Below, piece after piece: positions 1-10,000 of a stretch of 64,000 nt of DNA. The notes beneath the pieces are model-generated. The model had not been told where the DNA came from. It worked only from the letters and a program-made list of their open reading frames with translations, and did not search any database. This DNA comes from Paraspadella gotoi. Lineage: Eukaryota > Animalia > Chaetognatha. The stretch spans positions 22,695,427-22,759,426 of the forward strand of contig CM119268.1 of NCBI GenBank assembly GCA_051294375.1. Direction: 5' to 3'. Within the stretch, counting starts at the first letter, position 1. Each line of letters begins with the position of its first letter. The translations under genes were made by a program, and so were the position numbers.

Positions 1-735
1 CTGCTTGTTTATCATAATAAAGTTGTAAAAAATTATATAGTTGGTAACATATTTGACAAAGCAAAACATCATTGTGTTAAAATGTATTGATAATTTTTTA
101 AAAAATATAGCAAGGAATTTAATTCTATTATTTATCATCCATTTTAATTAAGAAAAAATATTTCTCGTAATAGCCCATTGTAAAGGGTTCATTGACTGAC
201 TTAATGATGAAATTTTTTAGATTTCTTTACTGCCCCCATTTCACAAGATATAAAAGGTCATGGTTATCATGCCAATGAGTCCAGATTATCTGTACCCTTT
301 CTGCAACCTGCATTCCAAATTTTCTTTTTTCCCTTTCAAATGTATTAAATAAAAAAAATTATTTGAGGGAACAATCGGCGTGGAGGATGCATTGGTAAGC
401 CTTAATTACCCCCACTTCCCCGATCGAATTTTTTAAGATAGGTTTTTTTTTTCCATCTATTTGAGACATAACACTAACTATTAGTACTATTAATTTTTTT
501 TTATCTATTACAATTCTATGAATAAATATGAATAAGTAACTTTTTTAAAAAATTTATCATCTTTCACCCTAATATTCAGTCATATCTAAAAAACAAAAAA
601 AAGATTTTGCATTGATATTTTGGATATTAACATATGAAACTATAACCTTTCAAAAAAAATAAAGAAATAATAATAATCATTGAACAGTGAATTTTTTTAT
701 GCACGGAACGGTAACGGTTAGCGCCTATTTCATGT

Positions 736-1011
736 GTGTCTTATACAGATTGTTTCCCTATACTACTATATGGCTGTGAAGTAAAATCTTTTTTGGTTCG
801 TTACATGAACAAAATTAATGTTGCTATTAATTATGGTATCAGAAAAATATTTGGATTCAACCGATGGGAAAGCATAAGAGAGCTACGGAGTTTATTTGGT
901 TACTGTGACATTAATACCATGTTTAACCAACGTAGAAAGAATTTTATTTCTAAGATCTACTGTTCGAAAAATTTAGTTCATAAAAGAATAGTCGCATTCT
1001 TTAATGATTAA
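736..1011 (+). mobile_element. Non-LTR retrotransposon ORF2 C-terminal remnant
   Basis: Translation CFPILLYGCEV..KINVAINYGIRKIFGFNRWESIREL resembles the post-RT thumb region of LINE ORF2 (P.L.YG.E...RKIFG...WES). 5'-truncated, no RT core. Confidence 0.6.
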
Positions 1012-1205
1012 AATATTTTGCTCAATAACTTTAAACTTGTTTTTTCTATAATGGTAGTTTTCATGCAATCTTTAACTTTGTTTGTCTTTAGTCTTAGCTT
1101 TTTTTGATGCTCTTGTATGTACTGAATCAACCTTGTTGAATTCGAAATAGAACGCATATAAGAAATTGGCAAAGCCGATGCATAAACTATTTTGCCCCTG
1201 ACTGT
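1008..1205 (-). mobile_element. Possible second LINE ORF2 fragment, tail-to-tail with the first
   Basis: VRGKIVYASAL loosely resembles the LINE IRSKLEYAS motif; otherwise degenerate. Confidence 0.25.
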
Positions 1206-1214
1206 GAACACTGG

Positions 1215-1283
1215 AAAGTGGACAGGCTACGCCAGTGGACAGTCTACGAAAGTGGACAGGCTACGAAAGTGGACAGGCTACGC
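1215..1283. repeat. 17-bp tandem repeat x4 (AAAGTGGACAGGCTACG)
   Basis: Four near-identical units read directly. Confidence 0.9.
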
Positions 1284-1898
1284 CCTGCTAGCTTTTAATC
1301 AAAACTCGCGCAGTCCTGTTCATTTCCTTTGAAAATACTTGGCTTCCCTAACATCGCAGGAAATGGACTAAATTGTAAAAAAAAAGATACTCCCTCTAGC
1401 GATAGCATCTAATTCATTTCGAATGTTCTTACGAATATTGCGATGACGGCCAAAAGCAACACCACTATCCCCGTGATTCCGATTGCCAGAAGGATCTGAT
1501 TCAAAAGGGGAGGAGAAAAAAAGGAACCGGCAAATTGCCACGCTGTGACTTTTTTCGTGGATGCATGTTTCGATGATTACGTGATTACGCAAGTGTGCAC
1601 AAGTGTGCACAAGTAGCATAGTTTATGACTTAAATGTAATTTTGTGTGGTCACGTGAGTATACAAGCAAGAAACACATGTACTAAAAGCTTTTATTAATA
1701 CCTTATTAGCCTGCTAAAATATCAGCTAAAATAATTCGATATTTTATGAATTATACCGCATTGAATTTCTGGTTATGTGATCGTTTTTATAAGTGTTCCT
1801 GTTCACGTGATTGCACAATTATGGTTATGACCAAATTTTTCGGGTGCTCCACCGGAACGGGCTTCCCAAGACGCCCCGCTTTCGAAATATAACCACAT

Positions 1899-2156
1899 TC
1901 ATATTATTTCATTCGGTCTTCTGGTGGAAATATAGACGCTACCCCCCAAAAAGTGTGAAAACTCGGTATCTTGATTCCCCCCTCGCCCGAAACGATTGTT
2001 CTGTCTAGTAAAAGGTAAAAGAACCTCGAAAATGTCGTAATAGGCGGAAATCCATCCCAATCCCATTCCGAACAGAGTCCCGATAATGAAAACGAATATG
2101 TAGTTGATGGGTGATTTACGAGCCACTTCTGGAATTGACATAGAGACAATTGACAA
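1899..2156 (-). CDS. Possible exon of an unidentified membrane protein
   Basis: MSIPEVARKSPINYIFVFIIGTLFGMGLGWISAYY has a type II signal-anchor look. A second TM-like exon (ILLAIGITGIVVLLLAVIAIFVR) lies at about 1410-1496 on the same strand. No family recognised. Confidence 0.3.
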   Translation of the reverse strand: MSIVSMSIPEVARKSPINYIFVFIIGTLFGMGLGWISAYYDIFEVLLPFTRQNNRFGRGGNQDTEFSHFLGGSVYISTRRPNEII

Positions 2157-2339
2157 TCCAGTTTCAAGGCGTCAAACGCCGACAAAAAAAAAACAAGGAA
2201 CGGTTATTCCAAGGTGTTGCGCCGCATTAATTTTTTTTTAACTTATCATATCATTTATTCCTTATAGTTTATAAGATTTCTTTGGTAGACATGATGTATT
2301 AACCTTTCTTTTTCGTTGTTAGTTTGATAGTAGAAATAA

Positions 2340-2587
2340 AAAGTTTTAATGATTTTTTATAACGAATAATAATAAAAACAAATTTGTTATAAAAAATCAT
2401 TAAAACTTTGTTTGATTTCTTTAAAAACAAAAGATGGCGCTTGTAATCGCTTAGATTTGATTTTTAATAAATGAGCAGCAAACTATAGGCAAATTATAAG
2501 CGTTTTTAACGTAAGTGGGACAGACCGACCGACCGAAAAGTGACTTATAGAGTTGCTCCTCGAGTACTCGCGGCGCAACTAAAAAAC
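2340..2587 (+). mobile_element. Non-autonomous element remnant, HINE/DINE-1-like end
   Basis: Perfect 24-bp inverted repeat (2340-2363 / 2386-2409), then (GACC)n, then CTTATAGAGTTGC..CGAGTACTCG..GCAACTAAAAA terminal stem-loop. Confidence 0.4.
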
Positions 2588-2592
2588 CTACT

Positions 2593-2893
2593 CGGGACGC
2601 AGATGAGAACGAAGACGAATGGTATATAAGCCAGAAAGAAGATCCACGATACCCACCAATACCTCATGGCGAATTTCCTGACGCAGAAGAAAAGATTACG
2701 TCGCCCGTTGGAGAGAGATAGATTATGGATTTATTGACCCACTTTATGGGTGGAATGAAAATGAAGAAGGACATAATGAGAAAGTTGTAGAGAAGAAGTC
2801 CGAGGACTATCATGAAGACTTTGAAGATGAAAGCGTTCCTCGAATGAGCGCTGCGCCATCCTTCGAACTTACAAAGAAAAATGCATTTGGTTA
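2593..2893 (+). pseudogene. Frameshifted acidic coding-like fragment
   Basis: DADENEDEWYISQKEDPRYPPIPHGEFPDAEEKITSPVGE continues in another frame after a GA run as EIDYGFIDPLYGWNENEEGH..AFG*. No start or acceptor; abuts the hairpin element. Confidence 0.3.
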
Positions 2894-2899
2894 AAATCA

Positions 2900-3110
2900 G
2901 GTTTCGTTCTTTTATGAAATTGGTGCAACCAATATACAAATTATATATAATTATATATAATAATTATATACAAATTATCTATCCAGGACAGGCTATGGTG
3001 GGTTAAGGCCTGCATTATAAAAATTATCCATTCATTTAGTAAATAAGCTATCCCGACCCTGGCTTTTGACAGGCGATGATGGGCTAAGGCCTCCATCTCT
3101 CTTATGATAA
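2900..3110 (+). repeat. Dispersed repeat family A (other copies about 7340-7430 -, 11150-11210 -, 11700-11760 -, 62880-63030 +)
   Basis: Shared blocks AAATTGGT(A/G)CAACCAATATA, CCATTCATTTARTAAATAAGCTAT and CTGACTTTGGA..TGGTGGGT.AAGGCCT. Confidence 0.75.
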
Positions 3111-3265
3111 AATAACATAGAAGTACCCTGTAAGCTTCCAATCAATAAAGTGGCAAAAGGTTTTAATTGTTTAAAAGTACCACTTCCCTTAGTATTAGAT
3201 CGGTGATTACTATATTAATATTTGTACTTTATTTCAGTGAAGCGATTTTATTTATTAATTATTTC

Positions 3266-5332
3266 TCACTTTCGATGGTTTTTCCTTTTTCACTTTCTTC
3301 TCTGGTTCGGGTTCCTCCGTCACCTCGCTGTCATCTGATGGAAGAATTGATAGTTATTTAAACCAATTTATAACATTATTTACTATTTTTTACTATTTTT
3401 ACCTTCGTTATTTTTGTTTTCGTTCTTGACTTGCTTTCCATTCAGATTCTTGTTTTTGTTTTCTGGCTCAAAGATCAAAAATTAATTTCATGTATTAAAA
3501 ATAAAAAAATAATGATTTTAAAGAAACAAACCTAAATTGTTAAACGTAACATCGAGGGATGACTCTGTCTCAGTTTCTTTAGCCCCCACGTCCCTCTCTG
3601 GACCCAACCCTGTAGAATCCTTCTCCATCTCTCCGCAACTGTTTTGGGTTTAGTTGTTGCATTGTTGAAACAATTAGTTTTACCGGTTATCACTTCATTG
3701 TTATAAAGGACGAAAAGAATCGCTTTCTTCTCAACATCCGTAATTTCATTTCAGACGCATTAAATATATTCGCTAGAATTGATAAAAAACGAAGAATTTA
3801 TAAAAAATTCATTAAAGTTCGAAATTATTACCTGTCCAGAACGAAATCCTGAATAGAATATTTAGAGGTGAGAGCCAACACCTTGTCGTTCCATTGCAGC
3901 AACGCCTCTGCCACCGAGTGGTCGCTGGTGAAGTAGTTGGTGGCCCTGGCAGAAAGATTTACGTCCAAGAGGAAGATAAGACGACTTCCTCTCTAATTTT
4001 CTTTATTTTTTCTTCATTTTTTTTTGAATGACCGAGCTAATTTGTTTATTATGACTGTTGTTGCGCAAGATTTGTTTTTATATCGAACAGGCTGGAAATG
4101 CCCCGGGGAAGGCACAGTCCAGGCCTTGTCGAGATATCGTTTTAATTCGTCGTGGTTATCATAATCGATGTCGTAAAAGGGATCGTTGTTTATTGTACGA
4201 AGCAGAAAATTTACAAATGGCTTCTCATCATCAAAATCTTTTAAAATAACTTTTTTTTATTTTAATAACGCTATTTTTTCATCTTTTCAATTTTGTTTAC
4301 AGAACAAATTTCTATTGTTTATATATCTCTATTTCTCTTTCATATAAATTAACTACAAACGACAATTGATTAATTTTTGTAAAAGTGTGTATGCTATGAA
4401 GCTTAAAATTTGAATGTGGCTTATGAAATAATATGAATATCAATAACATCAAGGTCGTTTCTGAATTATTTTTTGAATTCATAATCGTGTGTTTTTTTTT
4501 TATTTTTTAATTTTAATATTTTTCTCTCTCTCTCTATTATTAATTATTAATCTTTAATATCTTTAATTATCTCTTTCTCTCTCTTCTCTATTTCTCTCTT
4601 TCTTTTACTTATGCACTGTTTCCAGCTGTTCTCCTCACTCTGTGAGCTGACCTTCTTCTTTCTGCTTCGATCTGTCCAACATGAGCAGCCAACTTTCACC
4701 TGCTTACACCTGTTCTCACCTGTGCTTTTTTTTTCTTCGTCTGTCCGATTGAGAGCAACTTTCACTGCTTACACCTGTTCTCACTGTGCCTTTTCTTCAC
4801 TGTCCGACTTGAGCAGCCAACTTTACACCTGCTACACCTGTTCCCTTCACCTGTGCTCTTTTTCTTCGATCTGTCCGACTTGAGCAGCCACTTTACACCT
4901 GCTTACACCTGTTCCTCACCTGTCTCTTTTTCTTCGATCTGTCCAACTTGAGCAGCCAACTTTACACCTCTTACACCTGTTCCTCACCTGTGCTCCTTTT
5001 CTTCGATCTGTCCGACTTGAGCAGCCAACTTTAACCTGCTTACACCTGTTCCTCACCTGTGCTCCTTTTTTTCGATCTGTCCGACTTGAGCAGCCAACTT
5101 TACACCTGCTTACACCTGTTCCTCACCTGTGCTCCTTTTTCTTCGATCGATCCGACTTGAGCAGCCAACTTTACACCTGCTTACACCTGTTCCTCACCTG
5201 TGCTCCTTTTTCTTCGATCTGTCCGACTTGAGCAGCCAGCAATTACACCTGCTTACCTACCTTGTCCTACCTGTGCCCTTTTTCTTCGATCCTGTCCGAC
5301 TTGAGCAGCGACGCGTTGGGCGTCGAGATCAT
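3266..5332 (-). CDS. Unidentified multi-exon gene (hypothetical protein)
   Basis: Exon-like blocks with GT/AG ends: MISTPNASLLKSDR..HR (5332-5271); DFDDEKPFVNFLLRTINNDPFYDIDYDNHDELKRYLDKAW..LAR (about 4238-4033); ATNYFTSDHSVAEALLQWNDKVLALTSKYSIQDFVLD (about 3946-3832); EMEKDSTGLGPERD..; DSEVTEEPEPEKKVKKENHRK* followed by AATAAA. Not all phases reconcile. Confidence 0.5.
4615..5309 (-). repeat. 71-bp tandem repeat, about 10 copies, unit = exon end + splice donor
   Basis: Minus-strand unit GCTGCTCAAGTCGGACAGATCGAAGAAAAAGGAGCACAG|GTGAGGAACAGGTGTAAGCAGGTGTAAAGTTG; spacing 5086-5157-5228 = 71. Confidence 0.92.
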
Positions 5333-6164
5333 CGATGACGACGACGAATTTCCCGCGGAATTCCCTCCAACTTCATTCCGAAGAAGTAGACTCGGAATCT
5401 AAACCCGAATTTCTTCCCCGATTTCCCGCCAATTTGTTTGAATTTGACGTTTAACAACAACAAGCTTTTTTTCGGTTTACATCCGGGGTTTTTTTTTGGC
5501 TTTTTTAAAATTTGGTTATTTTTCTTGACTCGTCATAAATTTTAAAAGTTGAAGAAGTTCGAGACGAAACTATATTACTCTAAAGAGATTATATTCATAC
5601 ATTAAAATGAATTGTATGTAACAATTATGAAGCACAAAGTTATAAAGTGTATTTCTTTTGTGTTGAATTATAATTAATTAAAAGAGAAATTCTCAGTCAC
5701 ATTTTATCTATAATAATTTAAGCGTTTTATTCGAATGCAACAAGGTTGATTCAGTTCAGAAAACAAACAAAACATAATATATATAATATATGATAACTTC
5801 ATCACAGAAAGAATTGGAACTCATTTTCATGAGACTGGATCGCAAAATATATGGTGATAGTTGGAGGTCGTGCGTTTAAAATATTGCATTTGTTTTTTAA
5901 TTTTTTTTTTTTTAATGTTTGAACGGCGTTGATTTGCGTAACAATACTAACAATAACTACTAATTTAACGCTTTGGTTAGCAAGTTTTTTATCCTATTTC
6001 AATCAGTCAATTTTTGTTATTTTTTCAGTTGGCATTCCACTTCTTGTTCAATTAACTTTAAAATTAATTAGTTTGTAATTTATTTAACATATTGCACGGC
6101 ATAATGCATGGCTTGTGTTATCGTAAATATCGAAATTAAAAAGAAACAAAATGACAATCTCCGG

Positions 6165-6371
6165 TCATGATCCCCCTATTGGCGGAAGCGGTCGGGAATC
6201 CAGAGCGAGGGGCGAGTGCGATGTCGTGGCGATTCCTTCCCGCGCCTGGCGAGCTGACGCCTCGTCGTGGAGTCCGGACGGACGCGACTTGTCTTCGCCG
6301 TCGTTGCGTCGGGAGATTCTGTCGTCCTCGTCTTCGGGTCGAAAGGCGGAGTTGGAAAAAGTAGACCCGTT
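6165..6371 (-). CDS. Orphan terminal exon, probably an additional or alternative last exon of the Patched-related gene
   Basis: ccttcag acceptor, then 68 GC-rich codons NGSTFSNSAFRPEDEDDRISRR..PLPPIGGS*, 650 bp downstream of the PTCHD stop on the same strand. Confidence 0.5.
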   Translation of the reverse strand, partial: NGSTFSNSAFRPEDEDDRISRRNDGEDKSRPSGLHDEASARQAREGIATTSHSPLALDSRPLPPIGGS

Positions 6372-7018
6372 CTGAAGGAATGAAAGAATAATATTAATAA
6401 TAATATTGGGTTTAATTTTTGATCGCTTACTTACAATTTACAATTACTAGTTTGAATAGATATATACGTATATACTATATATATAAATTAAAATTTTCAT
6501 CCCGATTTAGCTACATTTAAGTTAACTTACATCTATGTTTTAACTTACATGTGTTCTTTAAAGAGTGCATTTGTTATAAAATAATTTTGACGATTAAAAA
6601 CTAAAGCACATTTAGAAAAGTTAAAAAAAAAAATATTTTAAAAATATTGTAATTTAACGTAAAGCTTATTCAATTTTTTTAGATATCTTATTTATTTTCC
6701 TCGTCAATTGCTTCGAGTAGTAGTTGCTAGTAGTGCTCCTCAGAAATAAAACAAAATAAACAAAAGTTAAACAATAGTACTTAATTTAAATTTTAATTCA
6801 ACGAAAAAAAATTTGAACAATGGCGGACATAGTACAAAAAACCAAAGAAAACGAAAGTATAAACAAAAGAACACTGTCGAAAATAAGGCCGGTGCTCGTG
6901 TTTGTGGGTGAACGAAAAGTTTGACTGAAAACAAGCAGACGGGTGCCTCGACACGTTGCGCCGTTGCGTGCGCAGAGGCTCATCGCGTGCACATCGTACG
7001 CAAAGTTCTATTTAAACC

Positions 7019-10000
7019 CTAATCGACTCTGGGCGCGAATTCCGCGCGCGTAAACATCGTGTCCCCGTATTGTACGACCGCGTCGTTGGACTTTCGTCGG
7101 GGGGCGTCGTCGACGGCGCCGCCTTTGGACTCCTCGGCGCGATGAGCGGCGTCGTGAGCCGCGGGGCCGATGTAGGAGAGAATGATGGGGAGAAAGATGA
7201 GGCCGTGGAAGAGACCAAAGACAACAACGCTGAAGAAGACTTTGAAGAAAGTCTGGAGTTGGAGATAAGAGAAATTGATTAATGAAAGTTAATAAATAAT
7301 TCGTAAATTAGCATTCTGTATTGATTAAAAGCTACCGGGGTCTTTTTATTATGAGGCCTTTACCCACCATATAGATGATCCAAAGTCAGGCGCAAGATAG
7401 CTTGTTTATTAAATGAATGAAACAAATTTATTGCCTGTTCCTATTTCACATTATGAGAAATATTTAAATGACTAATTTTAGTATATTTCAAAATCTCTCA
7501 TTCGTTATTATTAAAATTTTGTGATAAGCTTTTAACATTTGAGCTTTACTATACTAAACCTCAAGCGATAGCATAATAAAATCAGGCACACCGCTAAACA
7601 AAAAGTCAATCTCCCCGAGGATCCCAAAAATGTATTCAATGAGCACCGACTTGGTCGAATTTGTAAATTCATTTAGATCCATAGAGATTCATAACTAAAT
7701 GATTGATTCACCTTAAAAATGTAAGAGTTCGATCCGGAGAGAAGAACGAAAGCGAGAAATGTAGAAAATCCACCGTTAAAAACCGCGGGGCCCATGAGCG
7801 CGAGGGTTTTCCGAGCCCGATGGTCGCGTGTTCCTGTTGTATACAATCCTAGAATTAATAATAATAGTTTTTTTCTTTAAAAATATGGTAAAACGAGTAA
7901 TGGCTAAATTCGACATTCGCCGACCGGGATTTTGCGGTCGGTTATTTCTTTTTCGCTTCGTATGAGCGACGTATGGGAATCTCGTTACCACCCGTAAACC
8001 CAACCATCTCAACTGTGCACAGTGGACAGTGGACACGCACGTGAGCACATAATTGTATCCGAAAGTTTAAAAGTCGATGTCGTCTTCCCAAAGGTAAAAA
8101 TAATTTGAAAATAGTTTTAAAAATCAGTGTAATAATTTAACGTTTTCTATGGAAACTTCATTTCCAGCTCAATCATCAACTTTAAAATTTAAAATCAATC
8201 GATCAATCCACGCATCTGTAATTCTGTGATTCGTCTTCTAAGAGGTTCAAAGAAGTAGAAACCAGTATATAAGATGATAGACAGACGCGGGTCTATTACC
8301 CCCTCCTTCTCATTCACCTCCTCTTCATCCTCCTCCCAGGGATTCGGGGCCGCGTTCACGAGTTCACAGTTCACCTTTCTCTCTTCTCCTACTAGTTTCT
8401 CTCCCTTTTTTTACCCTCATTTTAGTCTCCATATAGATTTTCCTTCCGTCAATATATTAGTTTCCCGCAATCTCGTCACTTTACTTCCGGTTAGGATACC
8501 TTTTCAGAGTGGCGCCCAATGTGGGGCTCGAACCCACGACCCCAGGATTAAGAGTCTGGCATAAACTTGTTTTTAAAAGAGTTTTATAAATCGATGTTTT
8601 ATGATTATTGCGTCCCGACAGACAAAAAAAGTGAATTGAATATACAAAAACGTATATAATACATTAATATTAATATTCTATTTCAATCAGATGACTCGGT
8701 CAACTGTCCCATCTTTCGCTTACTCTCTGCCGACCCATCTAATGGTCAGCCTTACCCGTCCCTTACCTTCCACCGTCATGAAGGTATTGCCTATGTGAGC
8801 CGCGTAGTCGATGCACAGACCGATGGCCAGAGTCGTGCATGTCGCTGTAATCGTCTCGATGGACAATCCCCAGTAGAAGAAAACGCCGCCTGCCGGGGGA
8901 TTGTGTCAAAGAGGTTATAAAAAGAATTAAAGAAAGAAAGATAGATATATAGCCGATAGAACGATAGATATATTGATAGATAGATAGATAGGGGAGACAG
9001 ATATTACAAAAATAAAAATTGAGAAAAGAGAATAAAAAAAAAAAAAAGATGAAATAGAGGAGAAATACATTCGGAAATCAGTTATTACTAATCAAGACGT
9101 TTTTAAATATTATTTTACCGACGTCAACAATCGTAAAGAGGACAGTGGCGACGACGTAAAGACACATCAATGGACTCGCGATCAACAAAAGCGTAACTAT
9201 TAATACGCAGAGTAACGCTAGGAGGCAGTTGCGCAGCAGTTCCTCGGCGATAACCTGATCAAAAAACAAAATGACATCGTGAAGGGGAAAAGGCGGGAAT
9301 TTTTTTAAAAATTGAACTCAAATTTCCTACCTTGCTCGTCTGCTCGATTATTCTGTCTTCCCCATTCGACCAATTTCTTCTCCCCCACTTATTCTAATCC
9401 CACGTTCTCCTCTCACCATTATACCATTATCCCTCCCCGTTCTCCCAACTCGTTCGTTTCGCTCCAATTCTCCTTTAAACTTTTCTCCCCCTGTTTGTCT
9501 CCCACTTCGTTCCTCTCCATTCTCCCTTCACGTTCTTAGACTTCCTCTCCATTCTCCCTCTCCGTTCTCCCATTCTCCCACCCAACCTCGTTCGTCTCCC
9601 AGTTCCGATAGTTCCCCGCGTAAGGAAACGCCTTCTCCAGCGCCATCTTCGTCACTTCCGTCACGAGTCTCTTCATCTCGTTTTTTCCTTTAATTTGTTC
9701 GCTGGAGATTTTGTAGTTGATGTGTTGAAATCTGAGGCGCGAGGCCGTCACGGTGCAATTGCTGAGGCGGAAAACCAAAGTGAGATGGGAGATGTGGTTC
9801 ATTTCAAATGAGACAGTGTTCTTTTAATCTCATTTACATATTGTAGCAATTTAGATCATTTTTCATATCTTTTATAACGATTTTCATAGATGTCTTAGTT
9901 TATATGGTTTGATAATAATTTAATTTGAAAAAAAAATTATGGGGGTTCTTAATTCTCTCGCGCTCCCTAACTCTCCCTTGCTCTGTCTCTCTATGTTAAA

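Noticed and set aside
4615-5309. CRISPR-like appearance of the regularly spaced repeats (also 42650-45497)
   Set aside because: Units are contiguous with no unique spacers, there are no cas genes, and the context is eukaryotic and intronic.
5270-5380. DBF4/BRCT-like reading FRGKFVVVIDDLDAQRVAAQVGQIEEKG on the minus strand
   Set aside because: It is preceded by an in-frame stop with no start or clear acceptor, and downstream exons show no DBF4 motifs.
8510-8557. Functional tRNA-Lys gene
   Set aside because: The 5' part (D arm, A box) is missing and CCA is encoded; it fits a retroelement PBS.
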